NCBI GenBank assembly: GCA_965208125.1
Contig: OZ242320.1
Coordinates: 2,272,001 to 2,336,000 of the forward strand
Source of the DNA: Candidatus Latescibacterota bacterium
GTDB lineage: Bacteria > Latescibacterota > UBA2968
Direction of reading: 5' to 3'
Length of the DNA stretch: 64,000 nucleotides
Below are positions 9,822 through 18,243 of the stretch, in pieces (positions within the stretch are counted from its first letter, which is position 1; every line of letters starts with the position of its first letter). The position numbers were made by a program, and so were the translations under genes. Below the pieces are notes generated by a model, which was given only the letters and a program-made list of their open reading frames with translations, did not search any database and was not told the origin of the DNA.

Positions 9822-10826
9822 ATGTGGAAATTAACTGTTGTTCTCGGTTTGTTCGTCAGTGCTGTCGCGAATTGTTGGGCACAGCCCGTGATGTTAAAAC
9901 TCGACAATCCAGAGGGACGTGCGCTACAATACAAACATACATATAGAATGTTTTATTTTAGCAATCAGGCTGAGATTTTATTTGGCGTACAGGAGATGGG
10001 GACCAATGTTGATGACGAGGGAATTGTTACTTTTACGTCGGATTTTTCCAGAGGTGCAACATTTGAAATGGATCTGAGCGGAGAGTGGGAAAGCCGCGAG
10101 GAGGTGGTGGGTTTGGCAAAAGATCATCCCGATTCATTGGCGGATGTGACCCGGATAAAGGCGACAATTCTGAAAGCCGATAGCCGCGCTATTTTGGCGG
10201 GTAAGCGTTTGACGTTTGAACAGTATCCAGATAATTTTGAAAAGTTCAAGGGTCGAGAGTTTTCATGGTTTGTCAATTCAAAAGGGGAGATTTCCAATTT
10301 TGAACCCGAGTTTTATGCGTACCGACTCGGTCGTGAGGATCTGGTTACAGATCTCTTTCTCGCATGGGTTCCCGAATACAGCTTGACTTTGCCAGATAAA
10401 CCCGTTTCCGAAGGCGATATATGGGCGGGAGAAGGTGCTTTCAAACGGCGAATTGAGTACAGGCGTTTGCGCAATCAGGATGTGTTTCTGAACTATAAAA
10501 GTTCGTATCGGGTCAAAAAGATTAAAACGAGTAAGGGAAGAATTGAAGTGGAGATTGAGGAAGAGCGGGAGGTTTCTTATAAGGGCTGGATTGATATTGG
10601 GAATGCGTCATTTGTCGTGGATGGCAAAGGGACAGGAACTGGGAAATGGGTGATTGATACTACGCGTGGGCTGGTTTTGGAACATAAAACCACGCTTGAT
10701 ATCAATCGTCCAAAGGTGATGAAGGGATTTGTAAATTCAGAAGGTAATCTCGCCGAAATTCCCGATATGGTAGCCGAGGTGAAGATCAATTTTGAACGCA
10801 AACTGAGAAAGATAGAAAAAGAATGA
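9822..10826 (+). CDS. Hypothetical secreted beta-rich protein
   Basis: GGAGG SD then ATG at 9822; signal peptide MWKLTVVLGLFVSAVANCWA; LPDKPVSEGDIW motif; the extension from 9789 is REP-derived. Confidence 0.75.
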   Translation: MWKLTVVLGLFVSAVANCWAQPVMLKLDNPEGRALQYKHTYRMFYFSNQAEILFGVQEMGTNVDDEGIVTFTSDFSRGATFEMDLSGEWESREEVVGLAKDHPDSLADVTRIKATILKADSRAILAGKRLTFEQYPDNFEKFKGREFSWFVNSKGEISNFEPEFYAYRLGREDLVTDLFLAWVPEYSLTLPDKPVSEGDIWAGEGAFKRRIEYRRLRNQDVFLNYKSSYRVKKIKTSKGRIEVEIEEEREVSYKGWIDIGNASFVVDGKGTGTGKWVIDTTRGLVLEHKTTLDINRPKVMKGFVNSEGNLAEIPDMVAEVKINFERKLRKIEKE

Positions 10827-10847
10827 GATGCGTTGTTCCGCACGCGC

Positions 10848-10876
10848 TTGACACGGGTTTTTAGATGTGGTATTCT
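10848..10876 (+). promoter_or_regulatory. Sigma70-type promoter of the proteasome operon
   Basis: TTGACA-17 nt-TATTCT with extended -10 TG. Confidence 0.7.
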
Positions 10877-10899
10877 TGACGTGAGACGTTAAAGGTACC

Positions 10900-10932
10900 C
10901 GTCATCGCGGCATGGTGTAAGCCGCGATCCAG
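10900..10932. repeat. CGTC-tagged palindromic repeat
   Basis: CGTCATCGCGGC-ATGGTGTAA-GCCGCGATCCAG; related copies near 20089, 39625 and 63671. Confidence 0.8.
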
Positions 10933-11058
10933 AGGTTTTGCTTTTGCCTTTATCCTGTTCATCCTTAAATCCTGCACATCCTGATCCGGAGGTGAGCCAT
11001 CAATACCAGCGATTCTGATCGTCAGAGAAAGTCACCTGAAGATTTTCTTCAGGACTAT

Positions 11059-12705
11059 GTGGATATGCAGCATACGTTTCAGTCATTGTCGATTATCGAT
11101 CAGATTTTGATGACGATGGATGAGACAGATCGACGGCGGCCCCTGTTGTACCAATTGCGTCGGCAGCTTCAGGAGGATGAGATTACGTTTGAGGAGGCGA
11201 GGCGCACGATTGTGGAGTTAGAGGGCGCGCTGGAGAAGGTGACGGCACCGGCCAATCGGGTGGGGACGCTGTTGGCACCGCCAGAGAATGGTGTCGCGTA
11301 TCTTACGGTGGGCGGGGCGGAGTATTATGCGAATGTGGATTCGCGGTTGGATGACCGCAGGTTGAAGGTGGGGACGCGGGTGCTGGTGAATGAGGCGTTT
11401 GCCGTGGTGGGCGATATGGGCGAGTCTCCGTCGGGTACTGTGGGTAAAATTGTCGATGTGCTGGACGATGGGCGTTTGCAGGTGGGGCAAGAACACGGTT
11501 CGCAGACGCATGTTCTGCTGCGAGGGGCAGATCTGGAGGCCGAGGCTTTGAAGGCGGGCGAGGAGGTGCGTATTGATCCGCATTTTCGCGTGGCGCTGGA
11601 GAAGATGCCGCATTCCGAGGTTAAGGATTTTTATCTGGAGGAAGTGCCCGATTTGCCGTGGGAGAAGATCGGGGGACAAAAAGATGCGATTCAGGCGATT
11701 AAAGATACGATTGAGATGCCGGTGTTGCATCCGGAGTTGTTTAAGCGGTTTCAGTACAGTACGCCCAAGGGGTTTTTGCTGTACGGTCCGCCGGGGTGTG
11801 GCAAGACGCTGATTGGGAAGGCGACGGCGTACAATCTGGAGAAGCAGGTGCAGGATGACGGACTGAATCTCAAGGCGTGTTTTATGCATATTAAGGGTCC
11901 CGAGATTTTGAATATGTGGTTGGGAGAGTCCGAGCGCAAGGTGCGCGAGATTTTTTCTCAGGCGCGGGAGAAGCGGCGCGAGGGGTTTTTGCCGGTGGTG
12001 TTTATCGATGAGGCAGAGTCGGTTCTGGGAACGCGACGGGCGATTCGGTCACACAATATTTCAAATACGGTTGTGCCGATGTTCTGTTCCGAGATGGATG
12101 GGATCGATTCCCTGCAAGATGTGGTGATTATTTTGACGTCCAATCGCCCAGATTTGATCGATCCGGCGATTTTGCGTCCCGGGCGAATTGATCGCAAAAT
12201 TAAGGTTATTCGACCGGATGAGGATGCCGCGCGCGAGATTTTGGGTATTTATTTGACGGCTGATTTGCCGCTGTCAGAGGCTGCGTTAAACGCGCAGGAT
12301 GGCAATGCGCGGGCAGCTGTTGACGATCTGGTGGCGCGTGCGGTTGCAGAGATATATGCCAAACGCGATGATACGCGCTTTTTGGAGGTGACGCTTAGAA
12401 GCGGTCGGAAGGAAGTGTTGAGTCGCGGCGATCTGTGTAGTGGGGCAATTCTCGAGTCTATTGCACAGCGCGCGAAGGAGCTTGCGATTAAGCGGTGTAT
12501 TGCGTTGGGTATAGATGATGGGATTGGGTTTGACGATTTGCTCGTGGGGATTGAGACCGAGTATGGGGAGAATGAGATTTTCCCGCCGACGGATAATACA
12601 GAGGATTGGTTGAAGTTGCTGGATTACGATCCGGAAAATGTGGTGCGCGCAGCGCCGATTCGCCCCAGGCGAGAACGCCGCGCCCACGGGCATGGTGTGG
12701 TGTGA
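11059..12705 (+). CDS. arc: Proteasome-associated AAA ATPase (ARC/Mpa family); the start may be at 10999
   Basis: N-terminal coiled coil, tandem OB domains, Walker A GPPGCGKT, IKGPEILNMWLGESER, Walker B VFIDE, SNRPDLIDPAILRPGRID. Confidence 0.93.
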   Translation: MDMQHTFQSLSIIDQILMTMDETDRRRPLLYQLRRQLQEDEITFEEARRTIVELEGALEKVTAPANRVGTLLAPPENGVAYLTVGGAEYYANVDSRLDDRRLKVGTRVLVNEAFAVVGDMGESPSGTVGKIVDVLDDGRLQVGQEHGSQTHVLLRGADLEAEALKAGEEVRIDPHFRVALEKMPHSEVKDFYLEEVPDLPWEKIGGQKDAIQAIKDTIEMPVLHPELFKRFQYSTPKGFLLYGPPGCGKTLIGKATAYNLEKQVQDDGLNLKACFMHIKGPEILNMWLGESERKVREIFSQAREKRREGFLPVVFIDEAESVLGTRRAIRSHNISNTVVPMFCSEMDGIDSLQDVVIILTSNRPDLIDPAILRPGRIDRKIKVIRPDEDAAREILGIYLTADLPLSEAALNAQDGNARAAVDDLVARAVAEIYAKRDDTRFLEVTLRSGRKEVLSRGDLCSGAILESIAQRAKELAIKRCIALGIDDGIGFDDLLVGIETEYGENEIFPPTDNTEDWLKLLDYDPENVVRAAPIRPRRERRAHGHGVV

Positions 12706-12706
12706 T

Positions 12707-14236
12707 ATGAACCGTTTATTCGGTATAGAAACAGAATACGGGATCACGATTGACGGGGTGGATAAGGTCGATGTGGTAGAGGAGTCAATGCAGTTGATTC
12801 GATGCTATCAGCAAGGGGCTTTTGTCCCATTGTGGGATTATGGGCTGGAGAATCCCCGTCGGGATGAGCGGGGGTTTGAGGTTAAGAATCTGCTGAATGA
12901 TGTCGATGAAAAGGTGCATTTGCAACAGGATCGCAAGCGCAAAATTCCGTTTAAAGAATTGAAGAGCGATTTGATTATTTACAATGGGTCCCGGTTTTAC
13001 AACGATCATACGCATCCGGAGTATTCGACGGGTGAGTGTACGAGTTTGTTCGAGCTTGTGGCACAGGATAAGGCCGGGGAGCGCATTGTGGATATTTGCG
13101 CGCAGCGGCGCACGGAGATGCTGGATCAGGGCACTGTGCGAATGTATAAGAACAATACGGATTTTGAAGGGCATAGCTATGGGTGTCACGAGAATTATTT
13201 GATGGATCGCTCAGTGCCTTTCGAGCGTATATTGCAGGGGTTGTTGCTGTTTTTCCCCACGCGGCAAATTTTTTGCGGGGCTGGCAAGGTGGGGGTTGAG
13301 CGAGAGGATCGCGCACCGATTTATCAGTTGTCACAGCGCGCGGAGTTTTTTGAGGTGATCGCGAGTGTGGATACGATGCACAAGCGCCCGATTGTGAATA
13401 CGCGCGATGAACCCCACGCAGATGCGGCACAATATCGCCGGTTGCATGTGATTGTGGGCGATGCCAATATGTCGGAGTATATTACGGCGCTTAAGGTGGG
13501 GACAACGGCACTGGTGATCGATTTGATTGAGGCGGATTGTTTGCCGGATTATCGGTTGAAGGATCCGATTGCGGCGATGAAGAATATCGCCCGGGATCAG
13601 TCGTATGCGTGGTTGGTCGAGGTGGAGGGTCCCGGCCATCGCCTCGTTCCCGCAGTTGAGATTCAGGATGCGTTTTTGAATTTGGCACGGCGCGAGTTTG
13701 CCGGGCGGGATCGAGAGACGGATTGGGTGTTGTCGGCGTGGGCCGATGTGTTGGAGAAGTTGCGCTGCGATCCAATGGATCTGGTGGGGGTGTGCGATTG
13801 GGTGACGAAGAAGTGGTTGATCGATAGTTTTTGCGAGGAGGAGAATCTGGCGTGGGATAATCCCGATGATTTGTTCTGGATGCAGAGTCAGGATCTGGAG
13901 TATAGCAATGTGGATCGGGATGCGGGGTTGTATTATTTGCTGGAGTCGCAGGGGCAGATGGTGCGTCTGGTGGGCGATGATGAGGTGGCTGCGGCGATGT
14001 CGGAACCCCCTTCGGGTACGCGGGCGTATTTTCGGGGGCGCAGTTTGGAGAAGTTCGGCGATTATGTGTCGTCGATTAACTGGGATCGCATTGTGTTTAA
14101 GCGCAATGGTCGCCAGCATGCGGTGGATATGAAGTTATTGGTGGATGAAGAGCGAGTAGAGCGTTATAATGAGGTACTTGATCGTTCGGAGACGTTGGAG
14201 AGTTTTTTAGCTGCGTTGGATAAGGTGGATTCGTAA
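12707..14236 (+). CDS. dop: Depupylase/deamidase Dop (PafA2 family)
   Basis: MNRLFGIETEYG, NGSRFYNDHTHPEYST, KNNTDFEGHSYGCHENY, NTRDEPHAD, RRLHVIVGD; position between arc and the modifier gene. Confidence 0.9.
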   Translation: MNRLFGIETEYGITIDGVDKVDVVEESMQLIRCYQQGAFVPLWDYGLENPRRDERGFEVKNLLNDVDEKVHLQQDRKRKIPFKELKSDLIIYNGSRFYNDHTHPEYSTGECTSLFELVAQDKAGERIVDICAQRRTEMLDQGTVRMYKNNTDFEGHSYGCHENYLMDRSVPFERILQGLLLFFPTRQIFCGAGKVGVEREDRAPIYQLSQRAEFFEVIASVDTMHKRPIVNTRDEPHADAAQYRRLHVIVGDANMSEYITALKVGTTALVIDLIEADCLPDYRLKDPIAAMKNIARDQSYAWLVEVEGPGHRLVPAVEIQDAFLNLARREFAGRDRETDWVLSAWADVLEKLRCDPMDLVGVCDWVTKKWLIDSFCEEENLAWDNPDDLFWMQSQDLEYSNVDRDAGLYYLLESQGQMVRLVGDDEVAAAMSEPPSGTRAYFRGRSLEKFGDYVSSINWDRIVFKRNGRQHAVDMKLLVDEERVERYNEVLDRSETLESFLAALDKVDS

Positions 14237-14255
14237 TACCCGCAGGTGGACATCC

Positions 14256-14323
14256 GGGACGGCACAGGGGCCGTCCCCTACGATGGTATTGTGATTTGTA
14301 GGGGCGGGCCCCTGTGCCCGCCC
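14256..14323. repeat. REP doublet (inverted pair of GTAG palindromes)
   Basis: GGGACGGCACAGGGGCCGTCCCCTAC-spacer-GTAGGGGCGGGCCCCTGTGCCCGCCC; the same halves occur at 27130-27199. Confidence 0.85.
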
Positions 14324-14360
14324 GCATATAGGAAAGATATTTTCATAAAGGAGGCCGTAT

Positions 14361-14552
14361 ATGGATAAGGTCTTACAGTTTGAACGACGGACGAAGCCGG
14401 TCGATCCGGGAGGACCTGGTCCGGGCGATGATGGCGATGGCGGTCCTGCGCGCCCGAAGGTGGAGCGGCCAGATACGCGCGATTTGCTGCGGCGCATGCG
14501 GCGCGTTGATCCCAATCAGGCGCGGCGTTATCGCCAGCGTACAGGCGAGTAG
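14361..14552 (+). CDS. ubact: Prokaryotic ubiquitin-like modifier UBact
   Basis: 63 aa, disordered Pro/Gly/Asp N-part, RPDTRDLLRRMRRVDPNQARRYRQRTGE C-terminus (R[ST]G[EQ]); strong SD AAGGAGG; located between dop and prcB. Confidence 0.93.
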   Translation: MDKVLQFERRTKPVDPGGPGPGDDGDGGPARPKVERPDTRDLLRRMRRVDPNQARRYRQRTGE

Positions 14553-14555
14553 CCC

Positions 14556-15359
14556 ATGCAATCGGGTGGGGATTTTGTCGATTTGCTGCGGCAGACGGGC
14601 TACCGGTTCCCGGGTGAGAATTTGGGCGATGTTCAGGCCGAGCGCGATTTGCCTTTTGAGCCGACGGATGCGACGACGATTCTGGCATTTCAATATGCCG
14701 ATGGGGTGCTCGTTGCAGGAGACCGTCGCGCTACAGCGGGCAATATGGTGCTTTACGATCGCGCGGATAAGGTGATTGATCTGGATGCGTATTCGGTGAT
14801 GGCAATTTCGGGGTCGCCTTCTATTGCGTTTGAGATCGCGCGGATTCTGGAGCATGCGTTTCAGTATTATCGCCGCCGTTTGCTTCAGGAGATGAGTTTG
14901 CAGGCGAAGTTGCGCCGGTTGTCGCTGTTGATCAAGGATAATTTGCCGATGGCGATGCAGGGTATTGGCGCTGTGATTCCCATTTTTGCGACGTATGATC
15001 AGGCAGATGCGCGGGGTAAAATTTATTTTTACGATGCGCTGGGGGCGCAGTTCGAGAGTGCCGATTTTACGACGACGGGGTCGGGGTCGCCTGCGATTCG
15101 CGGGGCGATGTATTATTTGAATCGCTGGGGCGGTCGGCGGTTTGTGGAGATGGATCGCGATTCGGCAATCGGGCACGCGCTTCAGCTTCTGGATACGGCG
15201 TCGGAATACGATTCGGCGACGGGGCGATACGAGCGGTCGGCTGATATTTTTCCGTCGGTGAAGACGATTACGGCGTCGGGTCTGGCGGAGATCGAGACCG
15301 AGGAGTTGCGGCAGCTCTATGTTCAATATGTGGATGGGGAGGAGGCGGGACGCGCATGA
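14556..15359 (+). CDS. prcB: 20S proteasome beta subunit
   Basis: Propeptide then TTILAF...GDRRATAG (Thr1, Asp17, Lys33 in register) and GSGS. Confidence 0.92.
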   Translation: MQSGGDFVDLLRQTGYRFPGENLGDVQAERDLPFEPTDATTILAFQYADGVLVAGDRRATAGNMVLYDRADKVIDLDAYSVMAISGSPSIAFEIARILEHAFQYYRRRLLQEMSLQAKLRRLSLLIKDNLPMAMQGIGAVIPIFATYDQADARGKIYFYDALGAQFESADFTTTGSGSPAIRGAMYYLNRWGGRRFVEMDRDSAIGHALQLLDTASEYDSATGRYERSADIFPSVKTITASGLAEIETEELRQLYVQYVDGEEAGRA

Positions 15360-16174
15360 TGTTGTCAGATGAGCCGTATCGCTGGGCAGAGGCGGTTGCG
15401 AATCGGCGCGAGTATATTGAAGATCAGATTCGGACGGGGAGTCCGGTTGTGGGTGTTGGGTACGAGGATGGGATTTTGTTGCTGACGCTGTCGCAGAGTC
15501 AGCAAAAGGTGTTTGAGGTGTACGACTGTATCGGGCTTGCGGCGATTGGACATTCGACGGATATCGAGAAGCTCAGGCAGGCTGCGATTGATATGGCGCA
15601 TTCGATTGGGTTTAATTATTCAGAGGACGATGTGACGTTGCGTCAAATTGTGTATTTTGGTCTGGGTCCTGCGATGAAGGCGGGGTTTGACGATGTGGTG
15701 CGGTCTCCGTTTTTGGCGCGGGTGCTTCTGGCGGAGATAGATGGGCAGGAGGGGGCGCAGATTTTTTATACGGTGGATTACGATGGCGCGTTTTACCGGC
15801 ACGAGAAATGGGCTGCTGTGGGGGGCGTTGTGGAGGCGGATGTGATGATGGTGCGCGAGTTGTCGGGTTTGGATACGGGGGCGTTGTCCTTATCAGATGC
15901 CGCAGGTGTTGCGCTTCGCGCCTGGGCAATCGGGCGATGGATTGGGAAGATGGAAGAGGTGCCTACAGATGCGGACGCGTTGGAGCAGGTGGCCGGGGAA
16001 GTCGATGTGACTGATGTGCTTGAGACGGCGTTGGTGGATATGGAGGTGGAGGCGGTGGTGCTGGGGCGGTCGCAGTTGGGTAAAAACAAGTATCGCAATG
16101 TCGATGCAGAAGAAATTGCGCCCGCGCTGGTAGAGGTAGGTTTCAAACCTGCCCGTACAAAGGAGGCCCCATGA
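15356..16174 (+). CDS. prcA: 20S proteasome alpha subunit
   Basis: EPYRW...RREYI...GSPVVG, KVFEVYD, GHSTDIEKLR; ATGA coupling to prcB and to pafA. Confidence 0.88.
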   Translation: MMLSDEPYRWAEAVANRREYIEDQIRTGSPVVGVGYEDGILLLTLSQSQQKVFEVYDCIGLAAIGHSTDIEKLRQAAIDMAHSIGFNYSEDDVTLRQIVYFGLGPAMKAGFDDVVRSPFLARVLLAEIDGQEGAQIFYTVDYDGAFYRHEKWAAVGGVVEADVMMVRELSGLDTGALSLSDAAGVALRAWAIGRWIGKMEEVPTDADALEQVAGEVDVTDVLETALVDMEVEAVVLGRSQLGKNKYRNVDAEEIAPALVEVGFKPARTKEAP

Positions 16175-17631
16175 GAGATCGCATTTTTGGCATAGAAACC
16201 GAGTATGGGTGTTTGGCGCCCGAGCACGAGGGTTTTGTGAGTCCAGATACGATTTCGGTGAAGGTTAAGGATCACATTTTTCACGTTGACCGAATAGGGA
16301 TTGTGGATATCCACTATCGCGGACGGGATGAACCCCCGGGCAATGGGGGTTTTTTGTTTAATGCGGGGCGGGTTTATATCGATATGGGGCATCTGGAATA
16401 CGCCACGCCGGAGTGTATGGGGTTGTGGGATATTGTGGCTTTTGATCGGGCTGGGGATCTCATTTTGCATCGGGCATTGCACGCGCTGGGGTTGGCTAAG
16501 GAAGCGGCGTTTTTGAAGAATAATATCGATCATTATACGGGTGCGACGTTTGGCTGTCATGAAAATTATCTGGTCAGGCGCAATGTGCCGTTTTCAACGG
16601 TTGTTATTCCCGCGTTGTTGCCGTTTTTGGTGACGCGCCAAATTTTTTGCGGTGCAGGTCGCGTGGGCAGTTATGATGATAGTTTTTATTATTATGGGCA
16701 AAATGTGCGAGATGTCGCCGATCCAGAGGATGCGGTTTCTTTCCAGATTTCTCAGCGTGCCGATCATATTGTGACAGAGATTTATCAGTGGATTCAGTTT
16801 TCTCGCGCGATTATTAATACGCGAGATGAACCGCTGGCCGATCACAGCAAATACCGCCGTTTGCACCTTTTGGTGGGCGATTCGAATATGTCGGAGTATG
16901 CGACGGCTCTGAAGATTGGTACGACTGCGATGGTGCTGAATCTCCTGGAGCGCAAAATTTTTCCTCAGGATGTGGGGCTGGGTGATCCGGTGTGGGCATT
17001 GAAAGAGATTTCGCGGGATCCCACACATAAGTGGATTCTGGACCGGCAGAATGGGCGGTCTATTTCAGCTATTGATATACAGCGCACGTATTTGGATTTG
17101 TCGCAACGCCATTTGAGGGGTTTGGATGCGGAGTCAGATTGGGTGCTGGATGAGTGGGAGCGCACACTTGATGATCTGGAGTCCGATCCGATGCAGTTGA
17201 CAGATCGTCTGGACTGGGTGGCGAAGAAGTGGTTGTTGGATGCGTTTCGCGAGTCGGAGAATTTGAGTTGGAACGATCCGTGGTTGCAGAGTTTGGATTT
17301 GGAGTATCACAATATCGATCCCAATCGCGGGTTGTATTTTGATCTGGTGCAGCAGGGTAAGATGCAGCGGTTGCTGACGGATGAGCGCGTTGAAGAGGCC
17401 TGTGGGACGCCTCCGGCTGATACGCGGGCAAAGGCGCGGGCGGCGATGGTGAGGACGTTGTCGCAAAATCGGGTGCGGTATATTGTGGACTGGGATTCGG
17501 TGTATTTGGAAAATGAATTTCATTTGAGTTTCCGCGATCCGTTTAATACGTACGAAGATGAGGCAGAGGCGTTTTCCGAGGAGGTCGAGATCGCGTCGAA
17601 GATGATGGGGTTGAAAAGAAGTAGGAAGTAG
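16171..17631 (+). CDS. pafA: Pup/UBact-protein ligase PafA
   Basis: RIFGIETEYG, GFLFNAGRVYIDMGHLEYATPEC, TFGCHENY, RAIINTRDEP, RRLHLLVGDSNM, PPADTRA. Confidence 0.92.
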   Translation: MRDRIFGIETEYGCLAPEHEGFVSPDTISVKVKDHIFHVDRIGIVDIHYRGRDEPPGNGGFLFNAGRVYIDMGHLEYATPECMGLWDIVAFDRAGDLILHRALHALGLAKEAAFLKNNIDHYTGATFGCHENYLVRRNVPFSTVVIPALLPFLVTRQIFCGAGRVGSYDDSFYYYGQNVRDVADPEDAVSFQISQRADHIVTEIYQWIQFSRAIINTRDEPLADHSKYRRLHLLVGDSNMSEYATALKIGTTAMVLNLLERKIFPQDVGLGDPVWALKEISRDPTHKWILDRQNGRSISAIDIQRTYLDLSQRHLRGLDAESDWVLDEWERTLDDLESDPMQLTDRLDWVAKKWLLDAFRESENLSWNDPWLQSLDLEYHNIDPNRGLYFDLVQQGKMQRLLTDERVEEACGTPPADTRAKARAAMVRTLSQNRVRYIVDWDSVYLENEFHLSFRDPFNTYEDEAEAFSEEVEIASKMMGLKRSRK

Positions 17632-17681
17632 GAAGTAGGAAGTAGGAAGTGAGATGTAGGGGCGACCCTTGTGGTCGCCCG
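17618..17681 (+). repeat. Heptamer array GAAGTAG x4 plus variants (contains the pafA stop) followed by a GTAG REP
   Basis: Direct reading; GTAGGGGCGACCCTTGTGGTCGCCC at 17656. Confidence 0.9.
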
Positions 17682-17699
17682 TTTTTTTTTTGCGTATGT

Positions 17700-18242
17700 T
17701 TACCGCCTGCTCCTGCCGCCGCGGCGCCCGGAGTAGTGGCGAGAGCTCATGGGCAGGTACGCGCGGGCGATTTTTTGGCTGGCGCGGTCGAGTTTGGTAT
17801 AGTCGAGGATTTTGTAGCGTTTGCGCGTTATGGCGTCGGTGAATACGATTTCGGGAAATGCGTTGAGGTTGAGGTTCTGGTCGCCGCGGATTGTGAAGCT
17901 CATAGGACCCGCATTGGTGTCGATGTCCCAGTCTGTGCCGCCTTCTTTGCTGCTTTCGATGTTGAGTATGGTCTGGATTTTTGGGATGTCGTAGCGGTCT
18001 TTGAGGTGTTCTTCAACGCGTGTCCGGGATTGTGGGTTTAATCCGTCGAGTGTGGGCAAGAGGCCGAGTTCGGTTCCTTCCCGGTCGCGGAGGCTGATCC
18101 ACTGGTCGGGCGTGGAAAAGGGGAAACACCGCACGATGTGATGGATGTGCAGTTCTTCTCCGTCGGCAAAGAGGCACAGGCTGTCGCCGTTTTGACGTAT
18201 GTCAATGGTTTCGGGGATGAGTTGTTGTGTGATGATGTCCAT
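17700..18242 (-). CDS. DUF1854 domain-containing protein
   Basis: VRCFPFSTPDQWISLRDREGTELG, YDIPKI, WDIDTNAG, DRASQK; starts 1 nt after the ABC transporter stop, with GAGG SD. Confidence 0.8.
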   Translation of the reverse strand: MDIITQQLIPETIDIRQNGDSLCLFADGEELHIHHIVRCFPFSTPDQWISLRDREGTELGLLPTLDGLNPQSRTRVEEHLKDRYDIPKIQTILNIESSKEGGTDWDIDTNAGPMSFTIRGDQNLNLNAFPEIVFTDAITRKRYKILDYTKLDRASQKIARAYLPMSSRHYSGRRGGRSRR

Positions 18243-18243
18243 G

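Noticed and set aside
14361-14552. Treating the small modifier as a brand-new ubiquitin-like protein
   Set aside because: It matches the already described UBact family signature; only sub-features of the operon are flagged as unusual
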